Below are positions 1 to 11,400 of a stretch of 64,000 nt of DNA, piece by piece. This DNA comes from Opitutales bacterium (GTDB lineage Bacteria > Verrucomicrobiota > Verrucomicrobiia > Opitutales > JABSRG01): NCBI GenBank assembly GCA_049599475.1, contig JBMYOQ010000003.1:86291-150290 (forward strand), given 5' to 3'. The notes beneath the pieces were generated by a model. The model ran no database searches. It was not told where the DNA came from and was given only the letters and a program-made list of their open reading frames with translations. Within the stretch, counting starts at the first letter, position 1. Every line of letters begins with the position of its first letter. The position numbers and the translations under genes are program-made.

Positions 1-981
1 CTTGAAAAGTTGTAACGCACCTGGGCGAATTCTCTGCGTCTCCATAATCACCGCTTTCAGGCGGCTCATACTCTGGAGTTCCATTACATTCTCGCCGTCC
101 CAAGCGTCCAATTCTTCGCGCAGCCAATCAATCCAACGCGGCGTGCTATACAGCTCCATAATCGCAAAGTTGATCAGGGCCGCAGTGTTATCCGTCCCAG
201 CGAGTAGGACAAAATAGAGATCGTTGATCAAATGGTCGCGCGATACGGAGTCTCCTTCTGCGTCCAACCTGAGCTTAAGGATCTCTGAGTAGTTATCATC
301 GATATCCGTCGGCGCCTCGAGCCGCTCGTCGACAATCTTTCCGAGCCATTCGAAGGTCTCCTTGCGCAATCTCCGATATTCTTCGCGCTCATAATAAGAG
401 GCCTTGGAATCGTCTAAGAAGAGACCTCTCAACATTTGGACCTCCCACCGAGTCATCCTCTGCGTAACATCCTTCGGAATTTCAGCCTGGGCAACCGTTC
501 TGGAGTTTCCCCAGGTGATCAATTCGGCCCAGAATGGGATAATATCCACCGGCTGCTCGGAGCGACACACCTCATCGATTCCATTCCGAAAAACTTGGTG
601 AAATGCGGGCATATGCTTCATCGCCGAAGACATCGTAAATGCCGGCTTCAGGTAAGCGCGCTTTTCCTTGTGGGGATCGCCATCCAGTCCAGTTACGTGA
701 TTGGGCCCCATTTCCTCGAGAAACGGCGCGTTGGGCTCCGCATAGTTCCAGAGTTCGGGCTTCTGCCAAATGAAATTGTTGGCATCAGGTCCCGCGAGCA
801 CGACCCACATACGATTCCTAAAATACGTACGGAAAATCGGGCCACACTGACGATAGCCCTCCAACTGGAAATTCAGGGGATCCTCCCGATAAGCCTGATT
901 ACAGGACTCCTCGGACCCTCCGGGAAGGTACAGAGGCAATTCTTCTACCATTTCCGAAGGGGGTGCTGTGACTTCACTCAT
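1..981 (-). CDS. Cytochrome P450, 3'-partial (runs off the window start)
   Basis: Manual translation of the minus strand from ATG at 981 is open to position 1 (MSEVTAPP...). It shows I-helix LLAGTDNTAA and K-helix ExxR (METQR). The heme Cys motif would lie outside the window. Confidence 0.88.
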   Translation of the reverse strand, partial: MSEVTAPPSEMVEELPLYLPGGSEESCNQAYREDPLNFQLEGYRQCGPIFRTYFRNRMWVVLAGPDANNFIWQKPELWNYAEPNAPFLEEMGPNHVTGLDGDPHKEKRAYLKPAFTMSSAMKHMPAFHQVFRNGIDEVCRSEQPVDIIPFWAELITWGNSRTVAQAEIPKDVTQRMTRWEVQMLRGLFLDDSKASYYEREEYRRLRKETFEWLGKIVDERLEAPTDIDDNYSEILKLRLDAEGDSVSRDHLINDLYFVLLAGTDNTAALINFAIMELYSTPRWIDWLREELDAWDGENVMELQSMSRLKAVIMETQRIRPGALQLFK

Positions 982-1021
982 GCACTCGAAGCAGCAGGAG
1001 AGATGCCGTAGCCTCCAAGAA

Positions 1022-2401
1022 CTATCCTCGGCCTATGCGGTATGTCTCGAAACCAATCTTGCGCAATCTGTCGTGATCAAGGAGTCCCCGACCATCGAAT
1101 ACGAATGCCGGCTTCTGCATACTACGATAAATTTTCACGAAATCGAGATCCTTGAACTCATCCCATTCGGTCAAAACGAGCATGGCGTGTGCACCGTCGA
1201 GAGCAGAGTAAGCATCTTCTGCACACGTGATCTGTGCATTCGAAGATCCACCCTCCTCGTCAGGCTTCTGCCCAACATCCTTGAAAATGCCCTCTGCCTC
1301 GACCTTAGGATCGTAGATCGCCAGGTGCGCTCGCTCTTCCAATAGGTCCTTACAGATATAGATTGCCGCAGATTCACGGGTATCGTTGGTGTCTTTCTTA
1401 AAGGCAAAACCGAGCACCGCGATTTTCTTATGCGACACAGTATTAAAGAGCGTCGAAATAATTTTACGGGTGAATCGATGTTTCTGGTAATCGTTCATTG
1501 AGACGACTTGTTCCCAATACGCCGCGACTTCAGGAAGCCCAAAGTGTTCGCAGAGGTATACCAGATTCAAAATATCCTTCTGGAAGCAGCTACCGCCAAA
1601 ACCAACAGACGAGCGTAAGAATTTCGGCCCGATACGTGAGTCTGTTCCAATCGCCTTCGCGACTTCATTCACGTCTGCTTCAGTAGCTTCACAGAGCGCA
1701 GAAATGGCATTGATTGAAGAAATACGCTGCGCCAAGAATGCATTTGCAGTGAGCTTCGAGAGCTCGGAAGACCAGACGTTTGTCGTCAAAATATTTTCCC
1801 GTGGCACCCAGTGTGCATACACGTCAACCAGCTTCTGGAGTGCTTCTTGACCTGTGGGGGTCTCATCACCACCGATCAATACACGGTCTGGCGCATGCAA
1901 GTCTTCAATAGCAGTGCCCTCCGCCAGGAATTCAGGATTTGAAAGCACCTCAAAATGAATACCTTTCTCATTTACCTCGAGAATGCGTTTGATCGATTCG
2001 GCAGTCCGAACGGGAAGGGTAGACTTTTCGACTACGATCTTTGGGCCTTGAGCATCTTTCGCAATTTGTCGTGAAACAGCTTCGACAAAGCGCAGGTCCG
2101 CGGCCCGGCCCGCACCTACCCCAAAATTCTTGGTGGGCGTATTGACACTAATAAAGATAATATCCGCATCCTGAATTCCTTTGGTAACATCAGTAGAGAA
2201 AAACAGGTTCTTACCCCGGCGGCTTTCGACGACCTCTTGAAGTCCTGGCTCGTAAACCGGGAGCTCATCAGACATCCAGGCGTCAATTCGCGCCTGATTG
2301 ATGTCAACAACCGTGACTGTGACGTCGTCACATTTTTCTGCGATTACGGCCATTGTGGGTCCTCCCACGTAGCCTGCCCCGATACAGCAAATTTTAGTCA
2401 T
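1022..2401 (-). CDS. ugd: UDP-glucose 6-dehydrogenase
   Basis: GAGYVG Rossmann motif, SNPEFLAEG, catalytic [21 protein letters not shown]. Confidence 0.97.
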   Translation of the reverse strand: MTKICCIGAGYVGGPTMAVIAEKCDDVTVTVVDINQARIDAWMSDELPVYEPGLQEVVESRRGKNLFFSTDVTKGIQDADIIFISVNTPTKNFGVGAGRAADLRFVEAVSRQIAKDAQGPKIVVEKSTLPVRTAESIKRILEVNEKGIHFEVLSNPEFLAEGTAIEDLHAPDRVLIGGDETPTGQEALQKLVDVYAHWVPRENILTTNVWSSELSKLTANAFLAQRISSINAISALCEATEADVNEVAKAIGTDSRIGPKFLRSSVGFGGSCFQKDILNLVYLCEHFGLPEVAAYWEQVVSMNDYQKHRFTRKIISTLFNTVSHKKIAVLGFAFKKDTNDTRESAAIYICKDLLEERAHLAIYDPKVEAEGIFKDVGQKPDEEGGSSNAQITCAEDAYSALDGAHAMLVLTEWDEFKDLDFVKIYRSMQKPAFVFDGRGLLDHDRLRKIGFETYRIGRG

Positions 2402-2456
2402 TAGAACGCAAGCAAGCCTCGGTGCGAAAGCATGTCAATAGTCTAGGCGACCAGAC

Positions 2457-2484
2457 AAAAAAAAGCCGACTCCTCAGAGTCGGC
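2457..2484 (-). terminator. Intrinsic terminator downstream of ndk
   Basis: Stem GCCGACTC-ctca-GAGTCGGC next to an A8 tract (U-tract on the minus strand). Confidence 0.8.
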
Positions 2485-2503
2485 CGAAAATCAAGCGTAA
2501 CGA

Positions 2504-2902
2504 TTAAGCAAAAAATCGCTTTATTTCCGCAGCGGCGGACTCCGCCGAATCCGAGGCATGTACGATATTTTTCATCATCGTAGTGCCAAGATCACCACGA
2601 ATAGTGCCTGGCGCAGCCTTCGTTGAGTCCGTTGGACCCAGCAAATCGCGGACCTTAGAGATTACGCTGTCACCGGAAAGAATCATTCCGATCACAGGTC
2701 GAGAGCTCATGAATTCCTCAATCTCTGGGAAAAATGGCTTATCCGCAACGTGAGCGTAGTGCTCGCGGAGAATTTCGGAAGATAGCTGCATCATGCGGCA
2801 ATCTTCGATCTCGAATCCTGCCTTTTCAAAGCGGCTGATCACGTCTCCAGCGCATTTTTGCTCCAGACAGTCGGGTTTCAGTAGAACTAGGGTTTTTTCC
2901 AT
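2504..2902 (-). CDS. ndk: Nucleoside diphosphate kinase
   Basis: TLVLLKPD, APGTIRGD, NIVHASDS catalytic His motif. Confidence 0.97.
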   Translation of the reverse strand: MEKTLVLLKPDCLEQKCAGDVISRFEKAGFEIEDCRMMQLSSEILREHYAHVADKPFFPEIEEFMSSRPVIGMILSGDSVISKVRDLLGPTDSTKAAPGTIRGDLGTTMMKNIVHASDSAESAAAEIKRFFA

Positions 2903-2976
2903 ATCTACGTTCTCTCATGAAAAATGAGATATTGTAGGGCAAGCTCAAACAGCTCAAACACTCTCTCAAAGTACAT

Positions 2977-3013
2977 AAAAAACGCCTGATCAGCGAACTG
3001 AACAGACGTTTTT
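2977..3013 (-). terminator. Probable terminator downstream of the HU gene
   Basis: Imperfect hairpin AAAAAACG-CCTGATCAG-cgaa-CTGAACAGA-CGTTTTT. Confidence 0.55.
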
Positions 3014-3033
3014 CAAAAGTATCTAAGGGTAAA

Positions 3034-3309
3034 TTAGACGAGAGACTTGAGACCTGAGCCAGCCTTGAACTTCACAGCCTTGGAAGCCTTGATCTTGATC
3101 TTCTCTCCAGTTTGGGGATTTACGCCGGTGCGAGCAGCGCGCTTTACAACCTCGAAAGTACCGAATCCAATCAATTGGACGCTCTTGTCTTTCTTTACGC
3201 CCTTCTTGATAGAGTCCAAAACAGCTTCAACTGCACGCTCAGCAGCAGCTTTAGAAGTTTCATCACCCAGGTTTTTTTGCACTTCAGCAACGAGTTCAGC
3301 TTTATTCAT
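3034..3309 (-). CDS. hup: Histone-like DNA-binding protein HU (start moved to MNKAEL)
   Basis: MNKAELV...GFGTF...RTGVNPQTGEKI...FKAG signature; 91 aa. Confidence 0.96.
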   Translation of the reverse strand: MNKAELVAEVQKNLGDETSKAAAERAVEAVLDSIKKGVKKDKSVQLIGFGTFEVVKRAARTGVNPQTGEKIKIKASKAVKFKAGSGLKSLV

Positions 3310-3656
3310 ATAATTGTAGTAATATATTGTTAGTGAGAATTGATATAAATCGCCGCTATTCAGAGAATGCACAGCGATTGCGGTCAACTTAATTTGGTAA
3401 GTTTTCCTGTTTTACGAGCTTTTTTACACGATTTATTTCGCTCTATAATTACGATCATAGCCGTTGACAGGAGCCGAAACCTCATTAATAGCGGACTCCA
3501 AGAGAGGCACACTCCTCAATCCTGCCTCATAAAAGGGATCAAACAAAACGGCTATTCGCCATTTTCGGTAGAAAAATCTCCCGTGGGAAAGAAATTACAT
3601 TTCTAATACATTTCCGTGCTTGTCGCGAATTGATCTGAGCCTAGCGTCTGTTCGCC

Positions 3657-4718
3657 ATGGAACGCGTATCCGACATCAACGTCATCTCTTCGCAGCAATT
3701 AACGGCTCCCGACGATCTTCGAGCGGGTGATCCCACGACTGAGCAAGAGGCGTCATTCATAGCCAAGTCTAGAAAGACTATACACGATATCACCTTTGGC
3801 GATGATCCACGCCTACTCGTGGTCGTAGGCCCCTGCTCTATTCACGATCAGGAAGCAGGCCTCGACTACGCACGCCGTTTGAAGGCGCTCGCAGACGAGC
3901 TCAAGGACGATGTATATATAGTAATGCGCGTCTATTTCGAAAAACCGCGCACCACTGTAGGATGGAAGGGCTTGATTATGGACCCTCAACTCGATGGGAC
4001 TTGCGACCTCGAACAAGGATTACGGACCGCGCGATCTTTCCTCAAAAAGGTTATCAGCGTCGGACTCCCGACAGCGACCGAGCTCCTCGATCCAATTACC
4101 CCGCAATACATTGCCGATTTAATTAGCTGGTCAGCCATTGGTGCCCGAACAACAGAATCTCAGACTCACCGACAGATGGCATCAGGTCTATCCATGCCCG
4201 TGGGCTTCAAGAACGGGACGGATGGCAATGTCACGGTCGCCATAAATGCCATTAAGGCGGCGATTCAATCTCAAACATTTCTCGGGATCAGCACAAACGG
4301 TCGCGCTTCAGCCGTAACCACTGCGGGCAATCCAGATTGTCATCTAATTTTACGTGGAGGCTCCAAGGGCCCCAATTACAGCAGTGAGCATGTGAAGGCT
4401 GCTGCCGAGAGTATCGAGAAGGCAGGATTAAAAACCTCCATCATGGTAGATTGCGCACATGCTAATTCTGCTAAGGATCCCGCCCGTCAACCGATTGTGA
4501 TGGATGATGTCTGCGCACAGATCCAAGCCGGCGAGGATTACATTACAGGTGTCATGATTGAGAGCAATATTCACGCAGGAAATCAGAGCTTCCCGCAACC
4601 GAAGGAAGACTTGAAATATGGAGTCTCTATTACAGATCCATGTATCGACTGGGAAACAACAGAATCCGTTCTGCGCGAAACAGCTAAAGTACTCTCCGAA
4701 GCACGGGAGACAGCCTAA
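3657..4718 (+). CDS. aroG: Class I DAHP synthase (AroF/G/H type)
   Basis: GPCSIHD, RVYFEKPRTTVGWKG, IGARTTESQTHR, YGVSITDPCI. Confidence 0.95.
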   Translation: MERVSDINVISSQQLTAPDDLRAGDPTTEQEASFIAKSRKTIHDITFGDDPRLLVVVGPCSIHDQEAGLDYARRLKALADELKDDVYIVMRVYFEKPRTTVGWKGLIMDPQLDGTCDLEQGLRTARSFLKKVISVGLPTATELLDPITPQYIADLISWSAIGARTTESQTHRQMASGLSMPVGFKNGTDGNVTVAINAIKAAIQSQTFLGISTNGRASAVTTAGNPDCHLILRGGSKGPNYSSEHVKAAAESIEKAGLKTSIMVDCAHANSAKDPARQPIVMDDVCAQIQAGEDYITGVMIESNIHAGNQSFPQPKEDLKYGVSITDPCIDWETTESVLRETAKVLSEARETA

Positions 4719-4804
4719 GCTAGAGTCGGTTATTAAAAATTAGCGACTCCAGCTAATTTATTGATCGACTAGAATAAGCACAGCTTCTAGACAGTAAGTC
4801 TGCT

Positions 4805-5791
4805 ATGAAAGAACCAATCCGTATCGCTATTACAGGAGCTGCCGGTCAGATCGGCTACGCACTCTTGTTCCGCATCGCCTCAGGGTCTGTTTTCGGCTCT
4901 GACCAACCTGTTGCCTTGAATCTCATAGAGATCCCACCAGCCCTCGATGCTCTCAAAGGCGTCGTCATGGAGCTGGATGATTGCGCATTCCCTCTTTTGA
5001 CAGACATTGTCGCCACAACAGACCTGAACGAAGGCTTTAAAGATGCTGACTGGGCTCTTCTCGTCGGAAGCGTGCCACGCAAAGCTGGCATGGAGCGCGC
5101 CGACCTACTCGGCATAAACGGAAAAATCTTCGTAGGCCAAGGAGAAGCGATCGCAGCGAATGCCAAGCCGAGCGTTCGGACTCTTGTTGTCGGCAACCCG
5201 TGCAACACAAATGCCTACATAGCGATGAAAAATGCGGCGGGAATCCCCGACAGTCAGTTCTTCGCGATGACACGCCTCGACGAGAACCGCGCGAAAGCAC
5301 AACTTGCTCAAAAAGCCGGAGTCCCGGTCTCTGCGGTGAAAAATCTCACAATCTGGGGCAATCACTCTGCAACTCAATACCCGGATTTCTACAACGCCAC
5401 AATCGAAGGAAAAGCAGCGGATGCTGTCATCGACGACGAGACCTGGCTCAAAGAGACTTTCATTCCGGTTGTTCAACAGAGAGGTGCCGCCATCATTAAA
5501 GCCCGTGGTGCATCCTCTGCGGCCTCAGCAGCCAATGCGGCTCTCGATACTGTGATGTCTTTGATAAATCCTACACCTGAAGGCGAATGGACTAGTGTTG
5601 CCGTCGTCTCCGATGGAAGCTACGGCACAGTCCCTGGTCTCATGACATCGCTCCCGATTCGCACGACAGATGGCACATCTTGGGAAGTCGTCCAAGGACT
5701 CGAAATCAACGACTTTAGTCGCGAGAAGATCGACGCATCCGTGAGCGAATTGAAAGAAGAGGCAGACACCGTTGCAAATTTAGCAAACTAA
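4805..5791 (+). CDS. mdh: Malate dehydrogenase
   Basis: [32 protein letters not shown]. Confidence 0.97.
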   Translation: MKEPIRIAITGAAGQIGYALLFRIASGSVFGSDQPVALNLIEIPPALDALKGVVMELDDCAFPLLTDIVATTDLNEGFKDADWALLVGSVPRKAGMERADLLGINGKIFVGQGEAIAANAKPSVRTLVVGNPCNTNAYIAMKNAAGIPDSQFFAMTRLDENRAKAQLAQKAGVPVSAVKNLTIWGNHSATQYPDFYNATIEGKAADAVIDDETWLKETFIPVVQQRGAAIIKARGASSAASAANAALDTVMSLINPTPEGEWTSVAVVSDGSYGTVPGLMTSLPIRTTDGTSWEVVQGLEINDFSREKIDASVSELKEEADTVANLAN

Positions 5792-5819
5792 CACCCTCTA
5801 AAACGCCCAATTTTCAGAC

Positions 5820-5846
5820 AAGGCCACCCTTAGGTGGTCTTTTTTT
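5820..5846 (+). terminator. Intrinsic terminator after mdh
   Basis: GGCCACC-ctta-GGTGGTC hairpin followed by T7. Confidence 0.8.
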
Positions 5847-5898
5847 ACGTACAGACAAAATTCTATCTAGATTGTTGGAATCCAGATTTCATTAAGGA

Positions 5899-7566
5899 AT
5901 GATTTGGTCGACATTTCGTCGCATGTCGTTGGGCAATACTATCAATAGCCATACTGTAGAGCGCGTACTCCTGATAGATGATGATAAGTTCTCCCTACAG
6001 GTCATGAAGATGACCTTGGAAAAGGCCGGGCTTTCCGTCGTGACTTCCTCAGACCCAATCGCCGCTCTAGAAATCCTCAAAAGCAACCCCAAGAGTCACT
6101 TTGCCTGCATCATAACAGACTACCAGATGCCTGGCATTGACGGCATCGAAGTGGTTCGAGAGGCCAAGGAATTTGATTCCTGTCTGGGCACCATAATGAT
6201 TACCGCGATTGAAGAGCAGGAGATCGTTAAAGAATCCTATCGTAGCGGTGCCCTCGATTTCCTCACAAAGCCGGTAAATCCGCGAGATCTAGTTAAGATC
6301 GCGCGCGACACGGTGAAACTCACTTTCCAAACCCGCAAGGAGACAGAGACGGTCGCAGGTGTAGAGGAAGCCGGCCGCGAAGGCAGCGGTATCAGTGCTC
6401 CCCTGCCCCAAAGCCTAAAAGACAATTTAGAAATCGTATTCCGTCCCCGACACGCAGTCGGCGGAGACTTCATAATGGGATACGAGAAAAACGATTACCA
6501 GTTTGGCCTACTCCTTGGCGACGTATCCGGGCACACCATTAAATCCGCCCTCCTCTCATCCTACTTCCAGGGCTTCATTCAAGGACAGACTAGTTCGGAT
6601 TCCAATTTCTTACACACCCTAGCCAAGTTCAACCAACTCCTTTTTGAGAACAACGAATCTTCGGAGGGGAATCGCAGCTCCCTTTCACTCTGTCACCTTG
6701 CAATCAATAAGGATGCTCGAGCCGTCGAGATGACAAACTGCGGATTCAGCGCACCGATCGCGGTCGATCTTCAGGGCAATGTCTCAGACTGGCCCGAAGG
6801 CACATTCGCAATTGGCTGGTTCGACGATATCGATCTGTGTGCTGAGGAAAAAATCACTCATTCCCTAGGCTACTTCTACGCAGCGACAGACGGTCTTGAG
6901 GATCACGCAAACGACATTGGTGTAAATGCGTGGAGCCTATTTCATTTCTTAACGACCAAGAAAGAAGACACAAAATCGACAGAGCGTATTCTCGCGAATT
7001 CACGCGACGACATTTTGGCAGTGAGATACAGCCTGAAAACGGCCGACGACATTCCTAGCGGCGGCCTTCCGGAAGTCATCTTTCACAATACTTATGCTGG
7101 GGCGGCCTACAAAGAGGTAGACCAGATCCAAAAAAACTTCGTCGAGAGTATGACACTCGCGTTGAGCAGCAAGTTTGAGTCCCGCAAACACGACATCCTT
7201 CTGTGCATGCGCGAAGGCATCATCAACGCCCTAAAGCACGGATGCCAGGGGTCCAACAGTCACCGGGCGACTTTGACGGCATTCTATAAGGATGAGGAAA
7301 ACACCCTCGGCATTATCATTTCCGACCCTGGTGACGGGCACTCATTTAGTGTCTCCGACCGAAAAGCCGACCTGGAGACCGACATGCCAGGAGCCAAGCA
7401 CCTGGGCTTGGTCATGATTAATGAGCTTCCCGACGAGACTCAAAGCGACCGCAACGGCTCCTACGTGAGGATGCTTTTCAAGCTCAAAGACGAGAGTTCG
7501 CAGTCTATGTCGCAATTCCTTCCACCTTCCTTCTTCGGAAAAATCGAATCTCTCAGCACATCTTAA
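5899..7566 (+). CDS. REC + PP2C/SpoIIE phosphatase + RsbW/SpoIIAB-like HATPase hybrid, HsbR-like architecture (start may be ATG 5923)
   Basis: REC (LLIDDD...TDYQMPG...FLTKP); PP2C motifs VGGDF, LGDVSGH, TDGL, RDDI; kinase N-box EGIINALKHG and ISDPGDG. Confidence 0.85.
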   Translation: MIWSTFRRMSLGNTINSHTVERVLLIDDDKFSLQVMKMTLEKAGLSVVTSSDPIAALEILKSNPKSHFACIITDYQMPGIDGIEVVREAKEFDSCLGTIMITAIEEQEIVKESYRSGALDFLTKPVNPRDLVKIARDTVKLTFQTRKETETVAGVEEAGREGSGISAPLPQSLKDNLEIVFRPRHAVGGDFIMGYEKNDYQFGLLLGDVSGHTIKSALLSSYFQGFIQGQTSSDSNFLHTLAKFNQLLFENNESSEGNRSSLSLCHLAINKDARAVEMTNCGFSAPIAVDLQGNVSDWPEGTFAIGWFDDIDLCAEEKITHSLGYFYAATDGLEDHANDIGVNAWSLFHFLTTKKEDTKSTERILANSRDDILAVRYSLKTADDIPSGGLPEVIFHNTYAGAAYKEVDQIQKNFVESMTLALSSKFESRKHDILLCMREGIINALKHGCQGSNSHRATLTAFYKDEENTLGIIISDPGDGHSFSVSDRKADLETDMPGAKHLGLVMINELPDETQSDRNGSYVRMLFKLKDESSQSMSQFLPPSFFGKIESLSTS

Positions 7567-7614
7567 TTCCAGCTTCAAGAATTCATATCGCGAACCGAAT
7601 TTCATTTCAATACC

Positions 7615-8103
7615 ATGTCTGAACGCCAACTAGTTACCTTTTACGTCGGAGGAGAATTCTTCGGAATCGACATTCTTTTAGTGAAGGAGATCAACCGAAA
7701 GCTCCAGCTTACTCCCGTTGACCGCGTCGCGCCCTACATCGCGGGCTTGATCAATCTACGCGGCCAAATCGTGACCATCGTAGAGCTTGCCAAACGGCTC
7801 AATATCCAGAGCGACACTACCCCAGAGAATTGCATCATTCTGAAAACCAGCAATGAGGTCGACCGGAGGCAAATTGCAGTCGACGGCATCAGCGAAGCGC
7901 CCGTCGACCTTATGGGACTCCTGGTAGATGAAATTGGAGACGTTATCACAGTCGACACCGATAATTTAGAGGACCCGCCTAGAGACAGTGCTTCCGAAGA
8001 AAACCCCTTCTTTGAAAAGGTAGCTCAGCTCGATGGCTCGATCATCATTATACTCAATCTTCAGAACGTCCTTTCCGCCGAACTTTCAACCGCTGCAGCA
8101 TAA
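7615..8103 (+). CDS. cheW: Chemotaxis coupling protein CheW
   Basis: FGIDILLVKEI...IAGLINLRGQIVTIV...GLLVDEIGDV. Confidence 0.92.
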   Translation: MSERQLVTFYVGGEFFGIDILLVKEINRKLQLTPVDRVAPYIAGLINLRGQIVTIVELAKRLNIQSDTTPENCIILKTSNEVDRRQIAVDGISEAPVDLMGLLVDEIGDVITVDTDNLEDPPRDSASEENPFFEKVAQLDGSIIIILNLQNVLSAELSTAAA

Positions 8104-8116
8104 GTTACAACACATC

Positions 8117-8425
8117 ATGAAAAAGGAATATTCCGACAATACCCTAACGATTCAGATGGAAGAAAACCTAGTGTCCTCTGTATCCAGCAACATCCTACAG
8201 ACTTGGAAAGAGTGGCTAGCCGAGCTTTCTGAGACCCCCGATATCGTTATCGATATCGAGAAATGTGAGATTATTGATTCCGAAGGGATCAATCTTATCA
8301 TCGGTCTCTACCGCGAGTGCACCAGCAACAGTCGCAATTTCCAAGTGACCAACCCTTCGGCTGAGAATCTACGCCTTTTCGGCATCTTAAAACTCTCCCG
8401 AATATTCGGCCTTCAGCCTGCCTAA
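8117..8425 (+). CDS. STAS-domain anti-sigma-factor antagonist (RsbV/SpoIIAA/HsbA-like; start moved to MKKEY)
   Basis: 102 aa; IVIDIEKCEIIDSEGINLII contains the DSxG phosphorylatable-Ser motif. Confidence 0.85.
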   Translation: MKKEYSDNTLTIQMEENLVSSVSSNILQTWKEWLAELSETPDIVIDIEKCEIIDSEGINLIIGLYRECTSNSRNFQVTNPSAENLRLFGILKLSRIFGLQPA

Positions 8426-8467
8426 GCTGAACGTTTCCGAAGCCTCAATTTAATTACCCTGCCACCT

Positions 8468-11400
8468 ATGGATGATGAACTGCTAGAATTGTTCGTCCAG
8501 GAATCCGAAGAACACCTGGACAATCTCGAACCTGCCCTACTCGCCCTTGAAAAGGACCACAGCGACGAAGCTGTAATTAATGAAATTTTCAGAGCTGTTC
8601 ATAGTATTAAAGGTGCATCAGGATTCTTCGGTCTTGATCGCATTTCACAGATGGCTCACATCATGGAGAACCTGATGTCGCAGGTCCGTGAGCATGTCAT
8701 GGAAGTCGACAATGCTATGGTCGAAGCCTTACTCAAAGGCACCGACCGACTCCGTATGATGTTGGATAATTGCGGGGAGAGCAATGAGATCGACATCACC
8801 ACGGAAGTCGATGTCATCAAACAAATTTTGGAGAATCACGGTGACTCCTCTGCAGCGGCCGCCGTAGATTCAGAGCAAGAGTCCGACAAGGATCCGAGCG
8901 ATATAGAAGGATTCAGACCGGACCCATATGTATTGATGAATGGCCTACGTCACGGCCACAATTACTATGTCGTCAAGTTGAACCTTATTCGCGACGTTCA
9001 TGCTCACCAACGCAAGCCGTTCGACTTTTTCAAAGAGATCGAAGATTGCGGAGAATTCATTGATTCGCGCACAGATATTTCCGGAATCACCGGCCTGGAT
9101 GATGCCGGAGCCGCCGATCCGACTTTCAGCTTCTTTTTCTCCACGGTGATGGTCCCAGACCTGGCAAAAGAGATTTTCGATGTCCCACCAGAGCAGGTGT
9201 GTCAGATATCGGATGATACAATAAAGAAGTATATTGATGCCTATGGGGCCAGAGAATCTGAAGAGGGAGCCGCGGCAGAAGCCGAAAGTGCATCGACAGA
9301 AGTCGTCGACGACGCGGAATCTGAGAAGGTAGATGTCGAATCCCTGAAAGACGTCACCACACCACCTTTCCCCAAGCGGACACCCGAGGAGAAATCTGAG
9401 GAACCCGCTAAGGAAACAAAGCCCCAGCCGAAGGCCAAAGAGCCCGAGAAACCAGCACCCGCCAAGAGCGGACCGCCCGCGAAAGGACCCGCACGAAAAG
9501 TAGAAGAGACGATTCGTGTGTCTGTTACAGTGCTGGACGATCTCATGAATTTAGCAGGAGAAATGGTCCTCAGCCGAAACCAGCTGGTTCGGCTAGCCGA
9601 GGAAAATAAAAACCAGAATCCTGGCCTGAATAAAGCAGTCCACAGCATCAGCTACATCACTTCCGACCTACAAGAGAAGGTCATGCAAACACGCCTACAA
9701 CCTGTAGGGATGTTGTTTAACAAATTTACCCGCATTATTCGGGATCTGTCCTCTAAATTGGGGAAAGAGATTAGTCTCGAAATATCCGGAGAAGAGGTCG
9801 AGCTCGACAAATCGATCATCGAGGGTCTATCCGATCCATTGTCTCATATGATCCGCAATTGCTGCGATCATGGTGTCGAAACTCCCGACGAGCGCAAAGC
9901 AAACGGAAAGGACCCCAAAGGCCGAGTCCAACTACGCGCGAGCCATGCCGGAGACAAAGTGCTCATCGAAATCGTCGATGACGGTCGCGGCATAGACCCA
10001 GCAAAAATTAAAGCCAAGGCAGTTGAGAAAGGTGTCATTTCCCAAGAGGAGGCCGACGCCATTCACGATCAACAAGCAGCCATGCTCATTTTTGCTCCGG
10101 GATTCTCTACCGCCGAGCAAATTAGCGATGTTTCAGGTCGCGGTGTAGGCATGGACGTAGTCAGAACGAATATCGAAGGCCTGGGTGGATCCGTAGAGCT
10201 TACCAGTCAGCCCGGCAATGGTACCCGTTTTGCCCTTACATTACCCCTCACACTCGCGATTGTGCCATCTATGATCGTCGCCTCAGGAGGCGGCCGATTC
10301 GCGGTTCCTCAAGTGAACCTCGAAGAAATCGTCCACCTCCAAGGACAACATCAAATCGAATTTATCCACGGCAGCCCAGTCTATCGCCTCAGAGGACGTC
10401 TCATTCCCATAGTCTCACTCGCACAAGTCTTTGCCACCGAGCCGGGTGATCGCTTCATGAACAGCCAGGCGCGACAACATATTCCCGAGAATTCTTATAT
10501 TGTGATCCTGAACCTGGAGAAATCCCAGTTCGGCCTCGTCGTCGATGGGCTCCATGACTCAGAAGAAATCGTCGTAAAACCCCTCAGCGCGCACATCAAA
10601 TCAGCGCAGTGCTACTCGGGCGCAACGATCATGGGCGATGGCTCAGTCGCGATGATTCTCGATATACAAGGCATTGCAAATCTAGCATCCGTCGAAAGCC
10701 GCGATTTCGAGGCCGAAGCGGAAGCCGAGGAGGAAGATGGCGAAGCTATTCAGCAAATCCTAGCATTCCGCAACCATCCAGATGAGCGTTTTGCAATATC
10801 TCTACCCCTGGTTTCGCGAATCGAGCGCATCCACAAATCGCAACTGGAGCGAATAGGCGACAACGAGTTTATCAAGCATCGTGACACATCGCTTCGAGTG
10901 ATTCGCCTAGAGAATTACGTAAATATCACAAAGCACATTGATCAGATTGATAATTACACGCTCATCATTCCAAAGCTCGTGTGCAAACCGATCGGCATTC
11001 TTGTCTCAGAGGTCGAAGATGCCATTGCAACTCGGGTAAAATTGGACACCGGCAGCGTTCGCACTGAAGGAGCTATCGGTTCTGCAATTATCGACAACGA
11101 ACTCACCCTTTTCGTCGACATCTACGACATTCTAGAGCGCGCAGACCCCGAGGCATACGCTTTCTCCAAAGCCAGCCCCGACCTCGCTAGCAACAAAATT
11201 CTTTTGGCCGAAGACACCCATTTCTTCCAAGCTGTAGTAGGAAATTACCTACGCGAATTCTCCAAAGATGTCACCGTAGTGCCCAATGGGCGAGACGCCT
11301 TTGAGCTCCTTGAAAAAGAAGATTTCGACCTGCTTGTGACAGATATCAAGATGCCGGTAATGAATGGTTTTGAGCTAACTTCGAAAATTCGCTCGACCGG

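Noticed and set aside
2..1011. Plus-strand ORFs 2-217, 404-601 and 436-1011
   Set aside because: Antisense shadows of the minus-strand P450
2942..2959. AGCTCAAAC tandem duplication
   Set aside because: Only two copies; no evidence of function
3310..3387. N-terminal extension of the HU ORF
   Set aside because: HU homology starts at MNKAEL (3309); the upstream part is AT-rich leader
5888..5914. Possible sigma-28 promoter before cluster 1 (TTCA-N15-GTCGACAT); similar weak match before cheY of cluster 2
   Set aside because: Too many mismatches to call without a genome-derived matrix
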